A DNA stretch of 64,000 bases from Terriglobia bacterium (GCA_963748015.1 CAVVHE010000004.1:1600001-1664000), one strand, 5' to 3'. Shown: positions 1 to 10,576, numbered from the stretch's first letter. The notes: a model not told the origin generated them from the sequence alone. Numbers and translations: made by a program.

Positions 1-3000
1 CCCCGTACGTCCCGTCGCTCGTCCAGAGCTCGATGCCGTGCACGCCGTCCGAGGCGCAGAAGTAGAGCGTTTCCCCGACCCCCAGCAGGCAGTACGGATC
101 GTTTCCCCCGAGGCCGGGTAGCACGTCCCGCACCAGCGCGGTTCCGGCCTGCGTGCCGTCGCTGACCCAGAGCTCCCGGCCGGTCTGCCCGTTGTCCGCC
201 AGAAGCATGACCCTCGAGCCGACCTGCGTGAGTCCGATTCCCATGCAGCCGCCGGGGCCGGGATTGATGTCGTGGACCATGAACGTGCCACCGGCGGTGC
301 CGTCGCTGCGCCACAGCTCCTCGCCACTCACACCGTCGCTGGCAAGGTAGAACACGAGACCCGGCGTCGCGGTCAGCCGCGCGGGCGCCGATCCGTCGGA
401 CCCGGCCACGGCGTCTCGGACGATCCACGTCCCCGCGGCCGTGCCGTCGCTGCGCCACAGCTCGTAGCCTGTCGCGGGCTCGTAGGCCCGGAAATAGAGG
501 ACCCCGTTCAGGACGACCGGGAAGTCCGGATTCGACCCGCCCGACGCGATGTCCTTCACCATGTAGGTGCCGGCGTCGGTGCCGTCGCTGCGCCACAGCT
601 CGTTGCCGTGCAGACCGTCGTTGGCCTCGAAGTAGAGAATGCCGTTCATCACCGCGAGGTGGGCCGGGCTTGCGCTCGGCGCGCCGGGATTGATGTCCTT
701 GACCCGCGCCGTGCCGCCGGTGGTGCCGTCGGACTTCCACAGCTCGGACCCGGAGGTGCCGTCGGCGGCCACGAAGAACAGGGTCGATCCGACGGACCGG
801 AGGTTCGAGGGCCACGAGCCGGCGGTCCCCGGATTGACGTCCTTCACGAGAACCGTGCCGGCGGCCGTACCGTCGCTTTTCCACAACTCGCCGCCGGTCG
901 ATGCGTCGGCGGCCACGAAGAAGAGGGTCGAGCCGGCGGGCGTGAGGCTCGCAGGCGACGAGCTCGCGGTCCCCGGATAGACGTCCTTCACCAGGACCGT
1001 GCCGGCGGCCGTGCCGTCGCTCTTCCACAACTCGGTGCCCGTGGCCGGGTCGTCGGCCTTGAAGAACAGCGTCTGGCCCACCGCGGCGAGCTCGTACGGG
1101 CTGGAGCCCACGGACCCGGGAAGGATGTCGCGGACCAAGCCGGTGCCCTGGCCTCCCGCGGCGCACACCGTCTGCCCCGCGCTCTCGCAGGCCCCAGTGC
1201 CCGATGTGCATGCCAGGCCCAGGGTGAATCCCTCGTCGATGGCCCCGTCGCAGTCGTTGTCTTTCCCGTCGCAGGTCTCGTCAGCGCCAGGATGGACGGT
1301 CGGATCGGCGTCATCGCAGTCCGTGCCGCTCCGATAGCCGTCCCCATCGGCGTCGCCCCAGCATTCGAGATCGAGGCGCACCGGCAGGATGCTCGCGCCG
1401 TAGCTCCCGTACTGATCCTGGGGCTTGTACCAAGTGTGTTGCTGTCCCGGATAGGTTTCGCTCCCGGCAAAGTGGAAGACGTAGGCGTAGCTGCCGTTTG
1501 TCGGGCTCGAGGTCGATGACCAGTGCCGGCCGCCCCAGCCCTGCCCGTAGTGCAGGAATGGTCCGGTGCAGCCCGGAGCCACGCTTGCCTGATTGCCGAG
1601 CGTCACGTAGTACAGATGCCCCATCTCGCTGCCCGAGCAGTGGTACCCGGTCGCGGTGTCGGTGCTGTCGCACGTGGCGTCGGGGACCTGGGTGGCCGGC
1701 AGGCGCCAGTCGTCGTGGCCGGCGTACACGAGGTTCCCGACCCAGGTCATGGAGTCCGCCCATCCCGATCCGCTGAATCCGACCGCGAAGTCCTTCACCC
1801 ACATCAGGCAGGTGCTCGTCTCGGTCACCGTGCCGTCGCCGTGATCGACGAGACCGGCGCCGCAGCTGCAGTACTCGTCGGTCAGCCCGTTGCAGTTGTC
1901 GTCGATCCCGTTGCCGCAGACTTCCGCCGCAAGCGGGTTGACCGCGGCGTTGGCGTCGTTGCAATCGTCCGGGGACGTGAAGCCGTCGCCGTCGGCGTCG
2001 TAGCGCACGGCCGGGTAGCCGGGAGACGGCGTGCATGCGGGGATCGACCTCACCGCCCAAGCCCCCGCATGAGAGCTCTTGGATGTGTCGAGCTGGCCGC
2101 CGTCGATCAAGTCCTGCGTCATTGCCGACGCGCCGTCCGCCGGGTACGTCGTCGCGGTCCAGTAGGAGGACCCACCGAGGGTGAAGGGGTCGGAGTGCCC
2201 CCAGCGAATCATGCGGCGGAAGTAGAGCGTGCCAAGCTCCGTGTCCGGGCAGTTCGCTCCAGCCGGACGGCTGTTGCAGACCGAGCCGTCGGGGTTGCGG
2301 CCGGAGGGCAGGCGCCAGTCGGAGCGACCCGCGAATACGAGGTCCCGGGCCCACGCTCCAGCAGCCTGCCAGGTCATGGTGGTCCCGGCCTGGGCGGCGT
2401 TCTTGAGCCACATCAGGCATGCGTTGGCGTGCGTCACCGTACCGTCGCCGTTGTCGACGAGATCGCCCCCCAGCGTGAACGGCCCGCTCGTCGCCCTGTC
2501 GTCGGGCCAGGAAGTGGACGAAACCCGGATCTGGTAGCCCGAGCCCGGCGTGACGTCGGTCGGGATCTCCCAGCTGCGCGAACTGTCGAGGGAGTAGCCC
2601 AGCGTGCGCACCGTCGCGCCCGCCTGCAGCAGTTCCAGTTTCACCGTTTCGGCGCCGTAGGTTCCCGCGTTCCGATGGCAGGTCCAGGCGATCCCGTGCG
2701 TCGTGCCGAGCGTCCACACCTCGCCCCCCGAAGGAGCCTCGACGGTCAGGTTGCACGGCGGGAGGATCTCGATCGGGCCGAGTTGCGCGTACGTCCCCGA
2801 CCACTTGCCCGACCGGTCGTGCGCGCGGATCGTGAAGTAGTAGACACCCGGGGACAGGGCCGAGGTGGTGTAGGTCGTCACGTTGCCGATGTCGGGCGAG
2901 CCGGAGTTGGGGGGCGGGGATGCGTACCCCGCGGTCATGCGCACGCTGTAGCCGTCGACGCCCGAGATGTCGTCGGTCGCGCGGCGCCAGGTGAACGTGA

Positions 3001-5104
3001 CGTAGGGGAACTCCGTGCGCCCCCCGACCGTGTGACTCGTGCTCGCGAGTTGACTCGGCGGATCGGGCGGGTAAACATCGCCGATGTCATAGCCGACGTT
3101 CCACGCGGTCGCCCAGAGCGGCTCGAGAAGCCCGGGGTTCATCGCGGCGAACGCGCTCAGGAACTCCTGTGGACGCACCGGTTTGAACTCTTTCACGGTC
3201 GCAAGAATCAGGTTCGCGCCCACCGCCAGCTCGTCCGCGATCCCGTCGCCGTCGTGATCGTCCAGATCCTCGAGTCGTGCCGCGAAGGGCCCGATCGTAT
3301 TGCCGTTCCCCTGAACCCGGACGCGGAACAGGACCGTGGAAGACGGAGGCGACCAGTCGGGCGTGAGGTAGCGTGCGATGAGAGCGTTACTCCCGGGGCC
3401 CGGCGGCTCGTCGCCACCGCTGTCGTTGTCCGTGGCGACCACCGAGCAGGCGGTGGAAGTGTTGCACTGCATGATGGACACGACAGGATCGAGCGTCCCC
3501 TCTACGGCGCCGACGGCGGCGATTCGGTCCGCCGCCGCGGATACGGCCCGCTTGGGCTTCAGCTGTCGGTCGTAGACCACCTGGCCACCCGCGACAGTTA
3601 TCGCGCCGCCGAAGGCGAACGTGCGGTTCTCGTCTTCGATGTCGCGGAGAAGCGCCGCGACAAACCCCTCCGCTCGATCGGGGTCGCACTCGCAAGGCGT
3701 GGAATCGGCTTCGACGCAGTTCGAGGTGTCCGAAGCGGTCGGAGGGGATTCCAGATCGTCGCCCGCTACGGGCGCGAACAGCGGCCTCACCGAGTAACGC
3801 GACTTGTAGCTCCGCAGGAACGAGTCGGCGACCCAGGCCGACCATCCCTCGTACCAAGCCCAGAGGCCGCCCTCGTTGCACCAACGGCAGTGACCGCAGC
3901 CGAGCAAGAACTCGTCGACTCCGCCCAAGGGGTCGTCGCAGACGCCGTTGCAATAGTCAAGGCTGTGATACGGCTCTCCGAAGCTCTCGCTCCAGCGATG
4001 CCCCCACTCGTGAGCCACGGTCTCGTCGTCCCACTGGGTCTGAGCGTGGTGGATGTGAATCTCGTCGAACAGCCAGTTGTAGTAGCTGTCGCTCGACGGC
4101 CACTGCACGTCGACCGTGGGCGCCCACATCGCGATCCGCTCCGCGCTCCAGCGGGCCACGCGCGTGACCGTGTTGTGGATGTTGAGCGCACCGGCGTTGT
4201 CGGTAGGCTCGACCGTCCCGAAGTTGAGCGCGGTACCGCCGAAGTTGTTCGAGGTCCAGGTACGCCAGCTGTAGTTCCGTTCCCACGTGGCGTCTTCGAC
4301 CTCGACCGCACCGTTCTTGGCCTCGAATCGCACGTAGATGTCCGGCGTTCCGCCCTCGCTGAACGACGCGTCGAAGTACCCCTGCTCGTCGGTCTGCGTG
4401 ATGGCGAGAACGTCGTCGGCCTGAAGGGCACGATTGTCCTTGATCTCGACGTAAACGTTGTCCGCTCCGATGCGGTCGCTGCGGCACCCGCTGTCGGCGC
4501 TGCACGCTTGCAGGTTGTCCGCGCAGGAATCGACCTGGTAATCGAAATCCGTGTCGATGCAGCGCGCCGGCCGGGAGTACACGAGGCGACCGTAGACGCG
4601 CACGGACCGCAAGACCGCGGACGGACTCGGCACCGCCTGGGGAGCGAGGCGATCGAACGGTGCCACCGAGACCACGGCGCCGCCATGCGTCATCAGCTCG
4701 ACGTGTTGCGCGGACAGGTCGAGGCGTTTCGCCACCGTCTCGCCGTCGAATTCGAAGGCGAAGGTCACCGGCGCGGACGGCTCGACTACGATCTCGAAAT
4801 CGATCGTGAGAGGCGTCTCCGGAGCCACACGCACGCTCGACGGGACGGCAAGACGCACCACGCGCGGCGGTGCCGTGGTGGCGTTCCGCAATCCGACCGA
4901 CGGGGCGAAGCGAAAACCGGAAAGAACGGCGGGCGTTCCGGATTCGATGACGAGTTGCCCGGCGACCGCCGAGCCGCTCTGAGCCGCCCTCGGCTCTCCA
5001 AGGAGTCGGACCTTCACCGGGGGCCCCACCTTGGCGAGCGCCATGCCTACCCATGTCAATGCCATAGCGAACAGCACGACCTCACGAAACGCTCGGGTAC
5101 GCAT
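1..5104 (-). CDS. Giant secreted multidomain protein (>1700 aa, runs off the left edge): signal peptide, HExxH metallopeptidase, two DUF1566-like domains, Cys/Asp-rich metal-binding repeats, at least 8 ELWxxDGT repeats
   Basis: ATG at 5104 after GGAGGAGG; N-terminus MRTRAFREVVLFAMALTWVGMALA; VAHEWGH near 4000-4015; VDNGDGTVT..LMW..WRLP twice; DADGDG..DC.D..V.P.A.E.C.G.D.C.G twice; ELW(K/R/V/T)SDGT eight times in 1-1040. Absent from the ORF track, consistent with no stop inside the window. Confidence 0.85.
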   Translation of the reverse strand, partial: MRTRAFREVVLFAMALTWVGMALAKVGPPVKVRLLGEPRAAQSGSAVAGQLVIESGTPAVLSGFRFAPSVGLRNATTAPPRVVRLAVPSSVRVAPETPLTIDFEIVVEPSAPVTFAFEFDGETVAKRLDLSAQHVELMTHGGAVVSVAPFDRLAPQAVPSPSAVLRSVRVYGRLVYSRPARCIDTDFDYQVDSCADNLQACSADSGCRSDRIGADNVYVEIKDNRALQADDVLAITQTDEQGYFDASFSEGGTPDIYVRFEAKNGAVEVEDATWERNYSWRTWTSNNFGGTALNFGTVEPTDNAGALNIHNTVTRVARWSAERIAMWAPTVDVQWPSSDSYYNWLFDEIHIHHAQTQWDDETVAHEWGHRWSESFGEPYHSLDYCNGVCDDPLGGVDEFLLGCGHCRWCNEGGLWAWYEGWSAWVADSFLRSYKSRYSVRPLFAPVAGDDLESPPTASDTSNCVEADSTPCECDPDRAEGFVAALLRDIEDENRTFAFGGAITVAGGQVVYDRQLKPKRAVSAAADRIAAVGAVEGTLDPVVSIMQCNTSTACSVVATDNDSGGDEPPGPGSNALIARYLTPDWSPPSSTVLFRVRVQGNGNTIGPFAARLEDLDDHDGDGIADELAVGANLILATVKEFKPVRPQEFLSAFAAMNPGLLEPLWATAWNVGYDIGDVYPPDPPSQLASTSHTVGGRTEFPYVTFTWRRATDDISGVDGYSVRMTAGYASPPPNSGSPDIGNVTTYTTSALSPGVYYFTIRAHDRSGKWSGTYAQLGPIEILPPCNLTVEAPSGGEVWTLGTTHGIAWTCHRNAGTYGAETVKLELLQAGATVRTLGYSLDSSRSWEIPTDVTPGSGYQIRVSSTSWPDDRATSGPFTLGGDLVDNGDGTVTHANACLMWLKNAAQAGTTMTWQAAGAWARDLVFAGRSDWRLPSGRNPDGSVCNSRPAGANCPDTELGTLYFRRMIRWGHSDPFTLGGSSYWTATTYPADGASAMTQDLIDGGQLDTSKSSHAGAWAVRSIPACTPSPGYPAVRYDADGDGFTSPDDCNDANAAVNPLAAEVCGNGIDDNCNGLTDEYCSCGAGLVDHGDGTVTETSTCLMWVKDFAVGFSGSGWADSMTWVGNLVYAGHDDWRLPATQVPDATCDSTDTATGYHCSGSEMGHLYYVTLGNQASVAPGCTGPFLHYGQGWGGRHWSSTSSPTNGSYAYVFHFAGSETYPGQQHTWYKPQDQYGSYGASILPVRLDLECWGDADGDGYRSGTDCDDADPTVHPGADETCDGKDNDCDGAIDEGFTLGLACTSGTGACESAGQTVCAAGGQGTGLVRDILPGSVGSSPYELAAVGQTLFFKADDPATGTELWKSDGTAAGTVLVKDVYPGTASSSPASLTPAGSTLFFVAADASTGGELWKSDGTAAGTVLVKDVNPGTAGSWPSNLRSVGSTLFFVAADGTSGSELWKSDGTTGGTARVKDINPGAPSASPAHLAVMNGILYFEANDGLHGNELWRSDGTDAGTYMVKDIASGGSNPDFPVVLNGVLYFRAYEPATGYELWRSDGTAAGTWIVRDAVAGSDGSAPARLTATPGLVFYLASDGVSGEELWRSDGTAGGTFMVHDINPGPGGCMGIGLTQVGSRVMLLADNGQTGRELWVSDGTQAGTALVRDVLPGLGGNDPYCLLGVGETLYFCASDGVHGIELWTSDGTYG

Positions 5105-5574
5105 GACCTCCTCCTTCCGGACCGGCCGCTACATGGTCCGCTCCGTCGGCCGGAGCAGCTCGGATTCTTCTTGAACTTGGCGGCCAGCATTGGAGGGCGC
5201 GGAAGAACCGGAAAGGCCCGACAAGGCGGACCGATCGTCGCGAAGGAACGGGGGAACGAGTCCCCGCGCCATCGCCGGAACGCCACACCTCCCCCGCCGG
5301 TTCATGTTGTGCCCCCACCCGACATGCGGCCACGCGACGGACATTTCAAGGAATATACAGGCGGTGAAAAGGGTTTGGGCCAATTCTTTCTTGATTTTGC
5401 GAACGGAGGCGGCGCACTACAGGAGCCAGACCGCGTATTAGCCGGGGTCGCGGGAATGCTCGGACGGGCTTCTAGCCTCGCGGATCTCGAGCCGAGGATG
5501 CATCGCGCATCCTGATCAGTCTGGCGGCCACCCCATCCCGCGGCCGCGGCACGGGCGGCCGACCCCCGGCAACC

Positions 5575-6912
5575 GTGTTAGCGTGGTTCACGTCCGTCCT
5601 GGTTCTCGTGGGCCGGATTCGTCGAGGTCAACTCATGGTGAAGGGCGCGGCCCCAACGAAGCGTTGGGCTGCTGATGCGATAGGCCATGCCGGCAGGGCG
5701 CGTGACCGCGGAACCCTCGCGCGGCGGACGGCGCTCGCGGCGTCGGTGCTCCTCCTGCTGCTGGCCGCCACGCGGGCGGCCGCGAATTCGACCACGACGG
5801 TCGATGCCGGACGCGGCCCCGTCACGGTCTACGTGCCGGATGCGTACACCCCCACGACGCCGACGCCGCTCGTCCTCCTCCTCCACGGCTACGGATGGTC
5901 CGGTCAGGAAGCGGAGTGGTATTTCCAGTACTTGCCATTCGTCGATACGCGGAACTTCCTGTACGCGTTTCCGAATGGGAGAGTCGATCCCGCCGGCAAC
6001 GGCTTCTGGGACGCGACGGATGCCTGCTGCAACTTCTACGGCGTGGGCGGCCCGGACGACGACTCGAGCTACCTGCGCAACCTGATCGGGGCGATCGGAC
6101 GGGCACTCAATGTCGACTCGCAGCGCGTCTACCTGATCGGCCACTCGAACGGCGCGTTCATGTCCTTCCGCATGGCCTGCGATCATTCCGGCATCATCGC
6201 CGCGATCGTCGCCCTCGCCGGCGCCACGTTCTTCAACCCGGCCGACTGCGGACCGCTTCAGCCCGTGCACGTGCTGGAAATCCACGGTACCGCCGACAGC
6301 GTGGTCGCTTACGACGGGGACTACAACAACGGCGTCCAATTCCCCGGAGCCATTCAGACCTCCCAGACCTGGGCGAGCTATGACGGGTGCAACGCCACGC
6401 TTTCCACGACCCGGCTCGGCGCGCTCGATCTCATGGACCCAGCCGGCCCTGATACCGACATCATCCGCTATACCGCCGGGTGCAACGTTCCTGGGTCCGT
6501 CGAGCACTGGAGGATCAACGACGGACCGCACGGGCCATCGCTGAGTTCCTCCTTCGAGGGCCTGACGCTCGATTACCTGTTCGCCCACCCCAAGCAGCTG
6601 ATCCGCCTCGACGGCCCGTCGACGCTCACCTGGCGGGCCGTCAGCGCCGCCAACGGGTACAACGTGTACCGGGGATACCTGCCGTTCGTCGACGCGAACA
6701 AGGACGGGCTGCCGGACGGCGGCTACGGGCTCTGCGTCAGCCAGACCGATCCGAACGTCTTCGACATGGTCTTCGACGACCCGGCGGTGCCGACCCCGGG
6801 GCAAGGCTTCTACTACACCCTGGGCTACGTGGATTCCGACTACGGCGTTCCAGGCGGGATCGGCGTCACGAGCGCCGGCCAGCAACGACCCGCGCCGGCG
6901 GCGTGTCCGTGA
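5575..6912 (+). CDS. Secreted alpha/beta-hydrolase (PHB depolymerase/LpqC-like esterase) with a C-terminal FN3-like module
   Basis: PLVLLLHGYG, GHSNGAF nucleophile elbow, IHGTADSVV; hydrophobic signal peptide. The true start may be downstream (e.g. ATG 5635). Confidence 0.8.
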   Translation: MLAWFTSVLVLVGRIRRGQLMVKGAAPTKRWAADAIGHAGRARDRGTLARRTALAASVLLLLLAATRAAANSTTTVDAGRGPVTVYVPDAYTPTTPTPLVLLLHGYGWSGQEAEWYFQYLPFVDTRNFLYAFPNGRVDPAGNGFWDATDACCNFYGVGGPDDDSSYLRNLIGAIGRALNVDSQRVYLIGHSNGAFMSFRMACDHSGIIAAIVALAGATFFNPADCGPLQPVHVLEIHGTADSVVAYDGDYNNGVQFPGAIQTSQTWASYDGCNATLSTTRLGALDLMDPAGPDTDIIRYTAGCNVPGSVEHWRINDGPHGPSLSSSFEGLTLDYLFAHPKQLIRLDGPSTLTWRAVSAANGYNVYRGYLPFVDANKDGLPDGGYGLCVSQTDPNVFDMVFDDPAVPTPGQGFYYTLGYVDSDYGVPGGIGVTSAGQQRPAPAACP

Positions 6913-7075
6913 GGGGCTGAGAACCGTCGAAGCGCGGCCGCCTCGCAGTCCGGGAAGGGCACCGTGAGACCCCCGGAATCCGGATCGACGGGCCGATGTG
7001 TGCGAGTGCCCGCCGGCTCGGAGTGCCGCGTCCCCAGGGACTCCGCCCGTGGGGTGCGGGCGCGGGACGTTTCAG

Positions 7076-7874
7076 TCATTCCCTCTTGCGCGCCTGATGG
7101 CCCAGGGCCCACAACGCGAGCGCCGTGGGATGTGGGTGGCAGCGGGACGACCGGTCGGCCGGGAAGCAGCCCTGCGGCCGCTGCGACGCGCGCAAGGCTT
7201 CGATCCACCTCGGCTCGATAGCGGCGGCATAGCCGAGCTGTCCGAGGAGCGCCAGACGCTCGAAGAACAGGTCCGAGGGGACGGGATCGGCGCGCGCCTC
7301 GGCCAGCAGCCGCGCGGCGTAGCGCAGGCGTAGCGCGTCCGCGTCGACCGGCAGCTTGCAGCCTCGCCAGTGAGCGAACACCAGCCAGAGCGCCTGGTGC
7401 GTCAGCGCCTTGCCCCGCGTGTCGCGCGCCGCGAACTCGAGGCACGCCTCGCCGACGGAACAGGAAAGCGCCTCCACCGGGCACGTCCCCGCGCGAGGGT
7501 CGCCGTCCGTGGCGCCGAGGTCCCGCACGCCCGGTGGAGCCGGCAGATCGGCCGCGGAGGCCGGCGGGAAGGGCGGCTTGGGCAGGCCGAGCAACATGCC
7601 GAAACGCTCGAGCTCCGCCGGGAGGGACCCGCTTCCGCGCTTCGTTCACGACCTCGGCGGCCCGCGGATCGCCCGAAAGCTCGCCGTAGACCTCGACCGC
7701 GACGAGCACGTCCACGCCGGTCTCGTCGCCCGTCGTGCGCAAGTAGTCGAGCGCCCGCGTGACGGAGGGGTCCTTCCCCGCGGCGAGGGAAACGCCGGAC
7801 GCCACCGCGGCGAGCGCGACGGCGAGCGTCAGCAGCCGCCGGGTGCCCGGAAAGAGATCGTGAAAGGCTGGCAC
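7076..7874 (-). CDS. Secreted hypothetical protein resembling UPF0764/C16orf89 (DUF4735); one frameshift near 7622
   Basis: The N-part (signal peptide LLTLAVALAAVASGVSLA) lies in the 6840..7994 frame. It joins PAELERFGMLLGLPK.. (7076..7597 frame) if one base is removed. Motifs LTHQ..W..GC, DLF.E, W..A....Q...GCF, HPTALAL. Confidence 0.55.
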
Positions 7875-10576
7875 GTGTTCCCCGAGTAATAGTCGACTTG
7901 GATGTAGTACTCCGCGGCTTGATCCACTGCGGGCATCTCGCCGAATCGCAGGTGGAGGGTCTCGTCGACCCCGTTCCCCGTGTTCTGCGAACATCCAAGG
8001 AACCTGAACTCCCCGCCAAACCAGTCATAAGCGCAGAGCTCGTAGTCGATCCCGGGCGGAACGTCCAGGTAGACGTCGTTCACCAGGTCGGCCGGGCAAG
8101 CCGACGACTCGAGGGCCGTCGCCCGGAACCAGGTGCCGCCCATGCCTTGCCGGGTCGCGTAAGTCACCCACGAGCCGTTGTACGGGCAGATGAAGCCACA
8201 GTACTCGTCGGAAGCGTACGAGCCCACGTTTTCCGCCGCCCACCAGTCACCGGGCCCGATGTTGTTCACCTCACAGCCGTTGGCCGCGTTTCCGTCGCAG
8301 TTGGTGTAGCCTCTCGAGCAAGCCAGCATCTCGCAGCTTCCGGTTGCGCAGGACGCGTAGGCGCCCGGCCGCGAGCAAGACACTCCGCAGGCGCCGCAGT
8401 CCGACAGCGTGGCGAGCGAGGTCTCGCAGCCGTCCACCGGGTCCGAATCGCAGCTGGCCCAGAGGCTGTCGCATACGGGCTGGCAGGTCCCGCCGGCACA
8501 CGACGTCGTTCCGTGCGCGTTGGTGCACGCCGTGCCGCAGGCGCCGCAATTCGCGAGGTCGGTGGCGGTGTCGACGCAGGCGTTCGAGCAGCAATCGCCG
8601 ATCGAGCAGTCGCCGGCCGAGGCGCACGAGGTCAGGCAGGCCGACGTGGGAGTGTCGCAGAAGTAGGGCGAGCAATCGTCCGTGCCGCCATCGACGCATG
8701 CGCCGGCGCCGTTGCAGGCGTCGGCCGCGACGAGGTGCGAAGCGTCCGCACAGCTCGGCGGCGCACAAACGGTCCCCTCGGGCCACAGCGCGCAGCTCCG
8801 CTCACCCGAGCACTGGCCGGAGAGACCGCAGGTGGATTCCGGATAGGCCGGGCACTCGTCCGCGGGGTCCGTGCCGGCGGGCACCGCGGCGCACGTTCCC
8901 TCCTGGCCCGGCTGGTTGCAGCTCTCGCAGGTGTCCTCGCACCGCGAAGCGCAGCAGACTCCGTCGCTGCAGTACGTGCTCGCGCAGTCGCCGTCGACCA
9001 TGCAGGGTTGGCCGATCCCCGAGCATGGCGCGCCGACGCGGGGATTCGCCCCGGAGTCGGTCCCGAGGCTGCCGCCGCAGGCGTTCTTCGCCCGCACGAG
9101 GTAGTAGAAGTCGCCGCCGACGGGAGCCGCGTCGCTCGTGGAAGTGGCCGCCAGATCGGAAGCGATGCACAGGCCGGAGAAGAAGCTCGAGGGGCTCGTG
9201 GCTCGCAGCACGTCGTAGAGCACGCTCGTGCCGCCGGGGGCGGCCGGCGCGCGCCAGCTCAGCGAGGTCGGGAACTTTCCTTCGGCGAGCAGATCCTGCG
9301 CCGGCGTCGGGATGGCCCAGACCTCGGGGTCCAGCGGGCGACAGTCCGTCTCGTCGGGCACGCCGTCGCCGTCCGAGTCTCCCAGGGGACCAAACAGGGC
9401 GCTCGCGCCCGGGGCCGCGCCGGGTTTGCCAGGTGCCTCCCCATCGAACTCCCACGCTCCGAGGTCCACGACGGCCTCGACCCCGCCATGCCGCGCTCGC
9501 CCGGCCGCGATCCGCGCCCCGCCGCCGCGAGCCGTCGTGACCGATGGCGGTACGAGCGCGTTGGCCCCGGCGTCGATCACCGGCGAGTCGGACGCGGGGC
9601 GGAAGTCGCCGCGAGCGGCGTCCACGAAGCGTGGGTCCTCGTCGAGGTTTCCCGCCCCCCTGAACCCGCCCTCGATGTCGCTGAAGGCCACGACCGGCTC
9701 GAACCCTCCGAAGGGCGAGCCGGCAGGAACGTTGCCCCAGACGATGCCGTTGTGCACGAGCACCGCGCCGCCGTCGGTCCACAGCGCGCCGCCGGCCCGC
9801 TCGGCGACGTTGAGCGCGACGGTGGTGTTGATCAGCTCGAGGCTACCGGACTCGACGAGGGCCGCAGCGCCCCTCTCCGCCCGGTTGGTGACGAGCTCGA
9901 CGTTGATCAGCGAGGCCTCCCCTCCTCGGGTGTGGAGCGCGCCGCCCGTCCCGGCCACGTTGCCGACGAAGCTGCAGTTGACGAACACCGGGCTTCCCAT
10001 GTCGACATAGACCGCGCCGCCCGCCTCCGCGCGGTTGTCCCTCAACGTGCAACGGCTGACGGTCGGGCTGCCGGCGACGTAGATCCCGCCACCGCCCAGC
10101 GGCGCAGCGCCGCTCGCGTTCCCTCGCTCGATGACGAAGCCGTCGAGGAGGGTCTTCGGACCCACCGCCGCGTCCGCCTTCACGACGTGAAAGCTGTCGT
10201 CGTTCTCGTTGTCCGCGGCGCCGATGTTCCCGCTGAGGATCGTCGGTCGAGCCCAGGGGTCGCGGGAGCCCGAATCGGTCTCGGTTCCGGCGAATCCTCC
10301 GAGAACGGCGACTCGGTCGATCAGCCCAAAGGACGCCGAGCGATCGCTGCCCTCGGTCGGGAGATACGTGCCTTCGGCGACCCAGATCTCGTCGCCCGCG
10401 GCGGCCACCGCGAGCGCAGACTGCAGGCTGCGGTACGCGTCCTGCCAACTCGTGCCCGAGTCGGCCCCCGCCGCCCGCGCGTTGACGTGGATGACGCGCC
10501 CTCGATGCGGTGCCGTGGCGAAGGCGTAGGGCATGAGGGAAAGGAACAGAAACACTACGAGCGTGCGCGCTTTCAT
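7829..10576 (-). CDS. Secreted protein: right-handed beta-helix (choice-of-anchor Q-like) + FN3-like module + Cys-rich repeats
   Basis: MKARTLVVFLFLSL signal; G.SWQDAY.SLQ.AL..GDEIWVAEGTY.P; N.A..GG repeats; DPRFVD..DFR..SPVIDAG; many CxxC / NCGACG motifs. Confidence 0.8.
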   Translation of the reverse strand: MKARTLVVFLFLSLMPYAFATAPHRGRVIHVNARAAGADSGTSWQDAYRSLQSALAVAAAGDEIWVAEGTYLPTEGSDRSASFGLIDRVAVLGGFAGTETDSGSRDPWARPTILSGNIGAADNENDDSFHVVKADAAVGPKTLLDGFVIERGNASGAAPLGGGGIYVAGSPTVSRCTLRDNRAEAGGAVYVDMGSPVFVNCSFVGNVAGTGGALHTRGGEASLINVELVTNRAERGAAALVESGSLELINTTVALNVAERAGGALWTDGGAVLVHNGIVWGNVPAGSPFGGFEPVVAFSDIEGGFRGAGNLDEDPRFVDAARGDFRPASDSPVIDAGANALVPPSVTTARGGGARIAAGRARHGGVEAVVDLGAWEFDGEAPGKPGAAPGASALFGPLGDSDGDGVPDETDCRPLDPEVWAIPTPAQDLLAEGKFPTSLSWRAPAAPGGTSVLYDVLRATSPSSFFSGLCIASDLAATSTSDAAPVGGDFYYLVRAKNACGGSLGTDSGANPRVGAPCSGIGQPCMVDGDCASTYCSDGVCCASRCEDTCESCNQPGQEGTCAAVPAGTDPADECPAYPESTCGLSGQCSGERSCALWPEGTVCAPPSCADASHLVAADACNGAGACVDGGTDDCSPYFCDTPTSACLTSCASAGDCSIGDCCSNACVDTATDLANCGACGTACTNAHGTTSCAGGTCQPVCDSLWASCDSDPVDGCETSLATLSDCGACGVSCSRPGAYASCATGSCEMLACSRGYTNCDGNAANGCEVNNIGPGDWWAAENVGSYASDEYCGFICPYNGSWVTYATRQGMGGTWFRATALESSACPADLVNDVYLDVPPGIDYELCAYDWFGGEFRFLGCSQNTGNGVDETLHLRFGEMPAVDQAAEYYIQVDYYSGNTCQPFTISFRAPGGC

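Noticed and set aside
1523..5515. Long plus-strand ORF of 1330 aa (likewise 7898..11257 +, 13069..16338 -, 40373..45190 +)
   Set aside because: These are antisense shadows of real genes in high-GC DNA: Arg/Val/Ala-rich with no motifs, while the opposite strand carries recognisable domains.
5105..5574. Riboswitch in the long leaders (also 10580-11000)
   Set aside because: No consensus of a known riboswitch class could be recognised by eye.
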